From the IMG/VR virus record IMGVR_UViG_3300037692_000076, positions 1 to 42,211 of that record: DNA of 42,211 nt. The stretch is one strand, 5' to 3'. Position 1 is the first letter of the stretch; each line of letters begins with the position of its first letter. This stretch comes from a virus (lineage: Duplodnaviria; Caudoviricetes). Below the pieces are notes generated by a model. It was not told the DNA's origin, made no database searches, and saw nothing but the letters and a program-made list of their open reading frames with translations. This document shows, piece after piece, positions 34,958 to 42,211 of this stretch. A program made the position numbers and the translations under genes.

Positions 34958-35788
34958 TTATACATCACAAACATCAGAACAATTTCCCCAAATTGATAAT
35001 TGATTTTCATTGAAATCTACCTTATCAAGAGGTATTAAGCTTTGATGTATAAATATTTGATTTTTAATTCCTTTTTTAGATGAATCTCTTATGCTATAAT
35101 CAACATTTACAGCATCTTTAAAATCGTTAGGGTCGTTTTTTTTCAAATCAAGCCAGTTTGCATCTGAATGAAATGGACAAAATTTGCAAGAAGACTTAAC
35201 CGGCATAGGTAAATTATTATCCGCATACCAATTCATTAAATCGTTTCTTGTTTTCACATTATCTGTAAACTTAACGCACTTGCCGTCTGGGTATATTTTA
35301 TAACCGCAAAATGGGTATACGTTTATTTTCCATTTTTCTTGTGGTATTCTCATCCTACTCATTTCATCAAGTGTAATCCCTTGCCATATTTCAGTTATAG
35401 GAAATCTTTTTTTGCCAATATCTAAAATATCTCTATACTTTCTATTTACTTGAGATATTTTATATTCGTTTGTGCATTGTCTTCTAAGCATTCCAACGTC
35501 TTTTCCGCTTTTAGTAAAAGCTGGGATTGAAGCAAATCTATTGTTTGTAGAATTTTGTTGGTTTAATAAATCTTTTTCAAGATTCTTATAGGAAGCGACA
35601 TGAAGTGGAATTCCGTTATTTTCTTCCTGCCACTTTATCATAAAATTATAGTATTCAAGTGTTTTTGTTTTTTCGCCTCCTGTGTCTGAAAATATAGCCA
35701 AATCCAAGCGGTCGTAAACTCCATTTGAACACATATAGTACAATGCTGAACTCTGAACCCCTACTCCGAGCGACAGTATTTTATTCAT
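34958..35788 (-). CDS. PAPS-reductase-like adenine nucleotide alpha-hydrolase (PP-loop, probable Fe-S cluster)
   Basis: LSLGVGVQS, FSDTGGE, RQCTNEYKI and KSSCKFCPF motifs, C-terminal CxxxC. Confidence 0.8.
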   Translation of the reverse strand: MNKILSLGVGVQSSALYYMCSNGVYDRLDLAIFSDTGGEKTKTLEYYNFMIKWQEENNGIPLHVASYKNLEKDLLNQQNSTNNRFASIPAFTKSGKDVGMLRRQCTNEYKISQVNRKYRDILDIGKKRFPITEIWQGITLDEMSRMRIPQEKWKINVYPFCGYKIYPDGKCVKFTDNVKTRNDLMNWYADNNLPMPVKSSCKFCPFHSDANWLDLKKNDPNDFKDAVNVDYSIRDSSKKGIKNQIFIHQSLIPLDKVDFNENQLSIWGNCSDVCDV

Positions 35789-35997
35789 AGCAGCGATCTT
35801 AAAAGGTTAATCTTTTCTTTGGTTTCACTTATCAACATGTTTTCAACATTGAAGGATTGCTTGTTGCGAATCTTGTACGACTTCGCGCCTTGGTACGTGG
35901 TTAGCTTTTCTTCTAGTTCTACGATCTTGGATAGTAGTCGCCTTCTTGTTTTACCCTGTAGTATTTTCATTTTAAATTTATAATGAGAAATTGGCAA
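35785..35997 (-). CDS. Small coiled-coil hypothetical protein
   Basis: ORF; true start probably MKILQG. Confidence 0.5.
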   Translation of the reverse strand: MPISHYKFKMKILQGKTRRRLLSKIVELEEKLTTYQGAKSYKIRNKQSFNVENMLISETKEKINLLRSLL

Positions 35998-36670
35998 TTG
36001 AATATATTATTTGCTTTTCATCCTTAATCATTCCTATTGATATGCCTTGGCTTATGAATTGCTCAATTTTAGTAATCTTTTTTAATTCGGCGGATGTAGC
36101 TAAATTTCGCATACCCGTTAAATGCCTACCAAAAACCCGTTCATTTATAGCAATTGCATACTTTTTATAATCAGGGTTTTGAACTATTTTTTTGATAGAT
36201 GTATTCATTGGTCTAAACTCATCTCCAGCCTCAATCCTATCGAAAATTATGCTATCAGTTATAAATGAAATAACCTTAGCATATATCATAGGATTTAATT
36301 CTAATGCAATTGCTACCCATATATAAGGATCACACATTACTGTTCTATTAGATGCTTTCCCTGTAGTTTTCCAAACTTGTAATCCTTTTAACACTTTTGT
36401 AATTCCTTCATTTTTACACATTCCAATAAAACCCGAGATTTCCGTTTTTATAATATTTCTATCCTTTAATAGATAATAAATACGTTCTTGCATTTTTGAA
36501 CCCTGCATTATAGATGAAATATCGAGATTACTCCACCCATATTGCCACCTTGCTATCTCATAAGATTTTTGAAGTTCAGTAAGACTTAAAAAACCTGTTT
36601 TTGTTTCTTGCCTAATAGTGATACCGAATAATTCTCGGTCTTTACTTTTCATTACAATGTTCGTTTCCAT
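35978..36670 (-). CDS. KilA-N domain DNA-binding protein
   Basis: IRQETKTGFLSLTEL and CDPYIWVAIALELNP..YAKV motifs; own TACTTTTG box at 36689-36696. Confidence 0.7.
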   Translation of the reverse strand: METNIVMKSKDRELFGITIRQETKTGFLSLTELQKSYEIARWQYGWSNLDISSIMQGSKMQERIYYLLKDRNIIKTEISGFIGMCKNEGITKVLKGLQVWKTTGKASNRTVMCDPYIWVAIALELNPMIYAKVISFITDSIIFDRIEAGDEFRPMNTSIKKIVQNPDYKKYAIAINERVFGRHLTGMRNLATSAELKKITKIEQFISQGISIGMIKDEKQIIYSIANFSL

Positions 36671-36739
36671 ATCTTATATTGTTTTTTACAAAAGTACACA
36701 TATAATTTTATGTTATGAGTAATATTGTAAATATAACTA

Positions 36740-37222
36740 CTAATAAAATCCCACTTCCCTATAAAATTCAACAAAGTTTTTGTCATCCAATGTTAACAGA
36801 ATAACATCGAAATGTACCCGTGCATGCTTTTGAACAAATGACATATAAGCAGCAAATTGCCCTATTTCTCTATCGGCTGTTGAATAGCTTATAATTTCAA
36901 TGATTGTGTCCATTCCTGGAAACCATCTAAATTCCTTAATCAATGGCTTTATTCGTGTCCAAAGTTCGGGTTTTAGTATTCCGGTTATGTATTCGTCATC
37001 CTTCGGTAAGCCTAGAGCCCGATACTGGAAGTGTAATTCGTTTTTGTCACGGCCTGTTTGCTTTGAAATAGCGTTTATCCAAATCCAATACAAAGAATTT
37101 TGATCGAGATTTCGCTTCATCTTTATTTCCCGAATCTCAACCCATGCCTCTTTTTCAATCAGCTTTTCGAAGTACTCACGGGCTACTTGAACTTTGTATT
37201 TGTTTTTTAGGTCGAGTTTCAT
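36740..37222 (-). CDS. NinB/Orf-like recombination accessory protein
   Basis: KRNLDQNSLYW.W...IS..TG and STA....F..Y motifs. Confidence 0.65.
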   Translation of the reverse strand: MKLDLKNKYKVQVAREYFEKLIEKEAWVEIREIKMKRNLDQNSLYWIWINAISKQTGRDKNELHFQYRALGLPKDDEYITGILKPELWTRIKPLIKEFRWFPGMDTIIEIISYSTADREIGQFAAYMSFVQKHARVHFDVILLTLDDKNFVEFYREVGFY

Positions 37223-37224
37223 GA

Positions 37225-37428
37225 CTATAGTATTTCTAAAACTATAAATTGTTTATCGATCGAGCGGCATGAATTATAATCCCATATATACAAATGATCT
37301 TGCATAATTCCGATCGTTATTCTTTCGATTGGAACATCATGTTTAATCGATAGGCTTTCTAAATATGATTTAATTTCTGCTTTCAGAACCTCATCTACTT
37401 TTGATAGGAATGTATCTTTATCGGTCAT
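37225..37428 (-). CDS. Hypothetical protein
   Basis: ORF tiles with neighbours. Confidence 0.55.
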   Translation of the reverse strand: MTDKDTFLSKVDEVLKAEIKSYLESLSIKHDVPIERITIGIMQDHLYIWDYNSCRSIDKQFIVLEIL

Positions 37429-37663
37429 GACGATCTTCGACTTTAATTATAATATTGCAATATTCAGCTATCCATTTGGTTTCCGTACCATCATTTGATT
37501 TTATATAAACTGAATTGTTATCCATAAAACCATAATCAATAACCTCTGATTGACCTTTATGCCATTCTTCCCCAGTAGGTATTCTAGGGGAAACTATATC
37601 GCCTTTTCTTAATCCGTAAAATCTAGTCCTAGATTTATTTCTATTGTCTATTTCTGTTTTCAT
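37418..37663 (-). CDS. Hypothetical protein (SH3-like)
   Basis: LRKGDIV beta-barrel-like pattern. Confidence 0.6.
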   Translation of the reverse strand: MKTEIDNRNKSRTRFYGLRKGDIVSPRIPTGEEWHKGQSEVIDYGFMDNNSVYIKSNDGTETKWIAEYCNIIIKVEDRHDR

Positions 37664-37693
37664 TCTGCTAATATACTATTATTTATCGAATAT

Positions 37694-38245
37694 TTATATA
37701 CTAAACGGATTTTTTCTTACTTCTTTTACTCGAATTTCTGAAATTACCCAAAGTCTGTCGTAAATTATCTTGTGTCTCATGAAGTGCATTATCAAAATTG
37801 CATCCGAAGTATTTAGGTTCACGCGCAATTGTTTGTAGTGATCCTGTGCGATGTCCTTAAATCGGCTTTTTCGTACCTGCCTTGTTTCATCCTTCATGCG
37901 AATTTTAAGTTCTTTCTGCCAAGTTGCGGGGGCAATTTCAATGTAAGGGAATTTTCGAACCTTTATAGCAGATAGCAATTCTGCATATTGGTGTAACATC
38001 TTTTGAATTCGAAACTGTTTACCGCCTTCGCTGTCTCCAATCCACATTTGAACCTTTTCAATGCAAATTACTGGCAGCTTGCAAATCTCTTTTTGATAGT
38101 CGAAGAAATCTAATAAATCTTCGAATGTTTTCGGCATTTTCCACGCTTCGACTTTGTCAGGTGTCCACTTAGCTATTCCTCCGCCAATGCCGGGGTCAAT
38201 TCCTAGGATTTCACGGGCTATTAGGGTTTCGTTTAAGTCTGTCAT
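37694..38245 (-). CDS. RuvC-like Holliday junction resolvase
   Basis: ILGIDPG..GGIA, CIEKV, PATWQK and SDAILI catalytic motifs. Confidence 0.8.
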   Translation of the reverse strand: MTDLNETLIAREILGIDPGIGGGIAKWTPDKVEAWKMPKTFEDLLDFFDYQKEICKLPVICIEKVQMWIGDSEGGKQFRIQKMLHQYAELLSAIKVRKFPYIEIAPATWQKELKIRMKDETRQVRKSRFKDIAQDHYKQLRVNLNTSDAILIMHFMRHKIIYDRLWVISEIRVKEVRKNPFSI

Positions 38246-38433
38246 TGCTGTTTTTTTAATTTTAATCCAAGAACTAAAGGGTCAAAGTAAAATACTGGCG
38301 CATGAAATCCGCATGGGCACCATATACTATAAACGTCTTCATACCATTCTGGACTATGCAATTCATGTCCGCATTCTTTTTCTAAATGAGAATAAGGGCA
38401 TTCATATTTACTGTAATCTATTTTTTCAATCAT
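38242..38433 (-). CDS. Small Cys/His-rich protein
   Basis: CPY..CGH..CPCG. Confidence 0.55.
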   Translation of the reverse strand: MIEKIDYSKYECPYSHLEKECGHELHSPEWYEDVYSIWCPCGFHAPVFYFDPLVLGLKLKKQQ

Positions 38434-38632
38434 TGGATTCGTTTTTATTTGTAACCTGAAATTCGATAACTGATCTAATTTTTTTTAAAGTATTCAATTC
38501 CCATTCATTGGATATTCCCCATGCAAATGTTATTGTAAGGCTGATTATTACCTTAACAATCGTTATTAAAAAGGCTAGTGCAATCCAAGGAATCCAAAAT
38601 ATAGCTACGATAATTTTAATGGTGTATTTCAT
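38426..38632 (-). CDS. Small membrane protein
   Basis: Long hydrophobic segment; start MKYTIK preferred. Confidence 0.5.
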   Translation of the reverse strand: MKYTIKIIVAIFWIPWIALAFLITIVKVIISLTITFAWGISNEWELNTLKKIRSVIEFQVTNKNESND

Positions 38633-38658
38633 ATAGTTAAAAATTATGTTAGTTACAA

Positions 38659-38862
38659 TTAAGTCCATACACTCCAACTATCTTCGTCAATGAACCAACC
38701 TAATTGGTCTAATTCAATTCTGTCATTTTCATCTGTTACCCATTCATCTGCACCAAACCATAATTGATCATGTTCGGAATTAATACCATAAGAATCTTTT
38801 TCATCTTCTGGAATGTACTTTGCGATAATATTTACCCCTTTTACAAAATTTGAATTTTTCAT
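38659..38862 (-). CDS. Hypothetical protein
   Basis: GVNIIAKY, EHDQLW and L..LGWF motifs seen in small phage proteins. Confidence 0.7.
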   Translation of the reverse strand: MKNSNFVKGVNIIAKYIPEDEKDSYGINSEHDQLWFGADEWVTDENDRIELDQLGWFIDEDSWSVWT

Positions 38863-38886
38863 TTGATTTAAAAATTAGGTTTAATA

Positions 38887-39135
38887 TCAATTTGTTTTAT
38901 GTGTTTCTTTTAAAAAATAGTCACTTACTTGGTTAATCATCCCTTGCATTGTTTCAATAGCTTTATCTTCTTCCAATTCTCCAAGTTCATCGCGTAGCAA
39001 TAAAAGAAGTTGCCCACATGCCCCAATAAATGTCTGTCTTAACTGCTTCTTTTGCGTATAATGCATTTCTGATTCTTTTAACGCAACTCTTTTTAAATAA
39101 AGTTGGTATTGGTTTTCTAAATTAAAATTATCCAT
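38887..39135 (-). CDS. Hypothetical protein
   Basis: ORF with AT-rich leader. Confidence 0.65.
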   Translation of the reverse strand: MDNFNLENQYQLYLKRVALKESEMHYTQKKQLRQTFIGACGQLLLLLRDELGELEEDKAIETMQGMINQVSDYFLKETHKTN

Positions 39136-39170
39136 AGCTATTTATATTAAAAATTAGGTTTATAAAATCT

Positions 39171-39374
39171 CTACTTCTTTGGTTCATCAGGACATCCTTT
39201 AATAACATTTGTCAAACACATCCAGCGTTCAGCCGAACTTCTAACGCTTCTTAAACCTTGTACAGGACAGTCGTGCGGGTGAAAACATTTGTATTCTTTA
39301 CAATTATTCACGTCTGATACCCACACGCTTCGTGTTTTACCGGCAAATTTTACTTTGATTTTTCCGCTACTCAT
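39171..39374 (-). CDS. Small Cys-rich hypothetical protein
   Basis: ORF tiles after the helicase; five Cys. Confidence 0.55.
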   Translation of the reverse strand: MSSGKIKVKFAGKTRSVWVSDVNNCKEYKCFHPHDCPVQGLRSVRSSAERWMCLTNVIKGCPDEPKK

Positions 39375-39377
39375 ATT

Positions 39378-40268
39378 CTAAAAATTTGGTTTCTCAATCT
39401 TACTCTTCGCCTTAAATAATTCCGGCTCTGTTACTTCAAAATCTAAATCAATTTTCGGCAATCCGTACTCGTTTATCAAAAATCCAATCGGTTCGAAATC
39501 TATCCCTCTCATATCTCTAGGCTTAATTATCGAATATCCGTTGAATTCTTTACTTTTCTCTACCTCGATGATACTTTCGGCCTTGTTCTGTATTTCAGTG
39601 CCTAAATGACCCCTTAAACCGCCTTCATCGCCTTTATTCAAATGTAGGATAACATTGATATGACAATTATAGTCCTCTGTCCACCTCATCAACTTACTTG
39701 TTATCTCTGTGGCCTGCGCCTCATCGTTTATACTTGTAACTAAATCTCGAATACCATCGATAACAACAAAGCCCGGGTTCTTTACGGTTCTGATAACATA
39801 ATCAATGTATTGGATTCTTTCAAAGGTTGTAAGCGATCGTAAGGCATGCACCTGTAAGTTATTCGGTTGCTTTTCGTAGCCGCATAGTCTAATTATTCGG
39901 CTGTTGTTCATCGCTGCATCATAGCGGCCTTGCTCGGTATCAAAGAAAATATTTGTCCGGCCTTCGCATTTACCGATAAACGTATGCCGAATATCGTTCA
40001 TAATGCACTCACTCATGAAAATAGCCGATGCAAATGTTTTCCGGGATTTTTGGCGGCCAACCGTAGCGCTAAAGTTGCCAAATGTTCCAATCCTTTTTAG
40101 TCCTTGTTCCTGCCTAATCTCTAAACATGGGAACGGTTTAACCTCTTTTACGTCATAATTTATCAAATGTTTTTTTATGAGCGAATCAATGTCTATCGGC
40201 TGATCGACCCAATCAGGCAAGATAAGTTTACTATTTCCAGAATCCCGGCTATTTTCTAAGTTCTTCAT
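39378..40268 (-). CDS. AAA/RecA-fold replicative helicase-like ATPase (AAA_25/SF4-like)
   Basis: Walker A variant GRQKSRKT, FDTEQG, Walker B VVIDGIRDL, H.NKG...RGHLG. Confidence 0.8.
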   Translation of the reverse strand: MKNLENSRDSGNSKLILPDWVDQPIDIDSLIKKHLINYDVKEVKPFPCLEIRQEQGLKRIGTFGNFSATVGRQKSRKTFASAIFMSECIMNDIRHTFIGKCEGRTNIFFDTEQGRYDAAMNNSRIIRLCGYEKQPNNLQVHALRSLTTFERIQYIDYVIRTVKNPGFVVIDGIRDLVTSINDEAQATEITSKLMRWTEDYNCHINVILHLNKGDEGGLRGHLGTEIQNKAESIIEVEKSKEFNGYSIIKPRDMRGIDFEPIGFLINEYGLPKIDLDFEVTEPELFKAKSKIEKPNF

Positions 40269-40728
40269 TGTCGAAATCCTGTTTTAGTTTCCTATATTCC
40301 TTAAATGCTGCATTCAATTCATCCAAACTTACAGGAGGCCTATTTTCTGTGTGCCGGAAATAGTTCAGTATAATTATGCTATTGCGAAACCTATCCTGTG
40401 TCATCTTGGACTTTTCAGTTAATTGCTTCATGTGCTTAAGCAAGAAATCTGTGTCCTCTTTTTTCATAGTCAATACCTCAACCTCCGTAAACCCACAACA
40501 CAAAAGAATTGATATAGCCCGATCTAAATCGGTATTGTATTCTGTTGAGTTTTCTCTCTTTGCTAACCTTGCATTTAAAGTATCTATGTAGGCTTCTCGT
40601 TCGTTAATGGCATTTACCAAATCCTCCAACATTTTCTTTGTTGCTTCCTTTTGGCCAAAGGTCATTTTTGCGGAAATCTCATGAAGGTATTGGCTGAACT
40701 TGGATAGCTTATTTTGAATTGGTATCAT
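40249..40728 (-). CDS. Hypothetical protein (159 aa), allele B
   Basis: Near-identical to 33..512. Confidence 0.85.
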   Translation of the reverse strand: MIPIQNKLSKFSQYLHEISAKMTFGQKEATKKMLEDLVNAINEREAYIDTLNARLAKRENSTEYNTDLDRAISILLCCGFTEVEVLTMKKEDTDFLLKHMKQLTEKSKMTQDRFRNSIIILNYFRHTENRPPVSLDELNAAFKEYRKLKQDFDNEELRK

Positions 40729-40895
40729 TAGAAATTAGGTAAATCTATTCTTGATTTATGTCCAATAACTATTTCAAACCCTATACAAAGTATTTTAAGT
40801 GTATAAGAATCTTCTTCATTACGTTTTTCAATCCAAATTAATGGAATTAAATCAATGTTAATTGATAAATAAATACGAAGTCTTTTAATTTTCAT
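40728..40895 (-). CDS. Small hypothetical protein of cassette B (55 aa, MKIKRLRIYLSINIDLIP...RIDLPNF), not in ORF track
   Basis: Hand-translated; positional and sequence homolog of 512..706. Confidence 0.7.
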   Translation of the reverse strand: MKIKRLRIYLSINIDLIPLIWIEKRNEEDSYTLKILCIGFEIVIGHKSRIDLPNF

Positions 40896-40900
40896 AATGA

Positions 40901-41671
40901 TTAATTTTTAGTGAATTTGTCTATAAGCCAATTATTAACAGTCAAATAAAGATTTTTTTTACCTTGGTAATATTTCTTTGTGTTATCAATTGATAACAGA
41001 ATTTGTTTAATGTCCTTTCTCTCAATTTTAGCTTTATTGTATAACTTATAAAAATCATCTCTACTTATCTGATTAGGTATAGATAGTAACCCAGATAATT
41101 TATTACCAGTTTCATTTTCTCCGAATAAGAATTCAATAAAACCTATGTACATATCATCTTCATCTAAATTAGCTATCTGTTCATCGTAGTATTTACTATA
41201 CTTTACTTTACTTTCCTTTACTATACTCTTTTCTATTCTATTCTTATCTATATCTACAGCGTTACGTAACGTTACAGTATCATTACTTAATTCTAACTGT
41301 CTATGTTTCTGAACTCTTAATCTATTTTTTTCCCTTATTTTATCCAAAGCATCTACATTTTGATGCTTTTCCCAATTGCAAATACCAATGAAATTTTGAT
41401 TGATTTCTATCATTCCAAACTTTTCAAATGAACCTAAAGCAAGTTTAATTGTAGAAATTGGACGGTTGAAAATAGTTGATAACATTTCGTCTGTGTAAGG
41501 CATATTTTCAGTAAGGTATATTTGACCCTTATCATTAATCTTTCCTGCTAGTGTTAGCAGCTTAATCCATATTACAAAGATTGCATCCCTATCAGGTAGG
41601 GAATCCAAAACTTTTATTTTCTCATCATCGAAAATATCCGTTTTAATTTTTATCCATGATATATTGGCCAT
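40901..41671 (-). CDS. Phage replisome organiser (Phage_rep_org_N-type) replication initiator (cassette B)
   Basis: WIKIKTDIFDDEKIK..IWIKLL.LAG..PYTDEML..NWEKHQN..R.RVQKHR motifs. Confidence 0.88.
   Translation of the reverse strand: MANISWIKIKTDIFDDEKIKVLDSLPDRDAIFVIWIKLLTLAGKINDKGQIYLTENMPYTDEMLSTIFNRPISTIKLALGSFEKFGMIEINQNFIGICNWEKHQNVDALDKIREKNRLRVQKHRQLELSNDTVTLRNAVDIDKNRIEKSIVKESKVKYSKYYDEQIANLDEDDMYIGFIEFLFGENETGNKLSGLLSIPNQISRDDFYKLYNKAKIERKDIKQILLSIDNTKKYYQGKKNLYLTVNNWLIDKFTKN
41205..41286. repeat. Putative origin repeats of cassette B
   Basis: Overlapping palindromes CGTTACGTAACG and GTAACGTTAC (41260-41275) next to TTCTA/TACTT-skewed repeats inside the initiator gene. Confidence 0.55.
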
Positions 41672-42011
41672 ATCTAATTTGATTTAAAAGTGGATTATAT
41701 GATTGAATTAATCTTATTTCTTCATTGTAGAAGTTGTCACAATATTTAAAATAAATATGAGGGTTTGTATGATATTCTTTTCTTATAAAAGTTCTTTTTT
41801 CATGGCAGATTAACCTGTTTCTTAATGCAGTAGTACTACCTATATATAATATTTCTATAGGTTTAAATTTAAGACTAGCAAATAAACAGTATACACCTGG
41901 TTTATTAACTGGTTTAACAAAATTATTACCTTGTCCAGTACATGTTAACCAATCGTTTAACTCAATGTCAAAAAATTCAAATTGTTCTTTTTTAAACCAA
42001 TCACTATACAT
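41643..42011 (-). CDS. GIY-YIG nuclease
   Basis: PGVY...LYIGST..LRNRL..H...E..LIQSYNPLLN. Confidence 0.85.
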   Translation of the reverse strand: MYSDWFKKEQFEFFDIELNDWLTCTGQGNNFVKPVNKPGVYCLFASLKFKPIEILYIGSTTALRNRLICHEKRTFIRKEYHTNPHIYFKYCDNFYNEEIRLIQSYNPLLNQIRYGQYIMDKN

Positions 42012-42211
42012 AACACCAGTTATTATTTAATACCAGTTTTTTGAGGAAGTGGAGTAGGAAACTGGTTATAACCTACTCCACTGATAAGATACCGGCTTGC
42101 AATTCCGATAATTGCACAAATATACTCTTTATTTCGATATTATTGAATATACATCTTACTTTTTATTGTAACAAATGAATATTCCTCCGGGTAATCCTGA
42201 ACGAATTTGTT

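Larger units (their letters stand above)
1..42211. mobile_element. Near-complete tailed dsDNA bacteriophage genome (siphovirus-like, probable Bacteroidota host); unit length about 40.2 kb (variant A) or 40.6 kb (variant B)
   Basis: Terminase, portal, protease, capsid, tail tube, tape measure and endolysin occur in canonical order; both ends overlap internal sequence (offsets 40216 and 40642); no host housekeeping genes. Confidence 0.95.

Noticed and set aside
34958-35788. cysH auxiliary metabolic gene for sulfate assimilation
   Set aside because: Lacks the SFSGGKDS-type loop and ECGLH tail of true CysH; sits in a nin-like region
8400-38459. Numerous plus-strand ORFs of 60-190 aa (e.g. 17432..17860, 22670..23053, 24740..25306)
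   Set aside because: Antisense shadows of well-supported minus-strand genes, with Ser/Phe-rich composition and no recognisable motifs
1-42211. Stop-codon reassignment (alternative genetic code)
   Set aside because: Large structural and replication genes are intact and tile tightly under the standard code, with TAA, TAG and TGA all used as stops

Overview
The window is an essentially complete ~40 kb tailed (siphovirus-like) dsDNA phage genome. The host is probably Bacteroidota, inferred from TAnnTTTG -7 promoter boxes, AT-rich leaders without Shine-Dalgarno sites and signal peptides followed by Gln. All convincing genes but one are on the minus strand. Gene order: early/recombination genes (Rad52-like annealase, RecE-like exonuclease), replication (initiator, AAA helicase), nin-like region (RuvC-like, NinB-like, KilA-N, PP-loop Fe-S enzyme, HNH/NinG-like, DUF6948-like gene plus Gly-rich repeat gene), terminase, portal, protease, HK97-type capsid, tail (two paralogous tube genes, tape measure, tip/fibre genes), then lysis/accessory genes. 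No integrase, CI repressor, tRNA, CRISPR array or reverse transcriptase was recognised. The most striking structure is that the contig is longer than one genome. Its two ends carry two different replication cassettes between the same flanks: 525-1473 holds an HTH initiator with its own iterons, and 40741-42115 holds a GIY-YIG nuclease plus a replisome-organiser initiator with different ori repeats. This is most simply read as two co-existing phage variants joined through an assembly bubble. Other highlights: several virion-module proteins, including the major capsid protein, have signal-peptide-like N-termini; a secreted polysaccharide-lyase/CUB protein sits in the lysis module; an unannotated 18-aa Pro-rich peptide is coupled to a membrane protein; and a 50-unit hexamer array encodes a Gly-(Ser/Tyr/Asp) protein. 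All family assignments are from visual motif recognition, not database searches.
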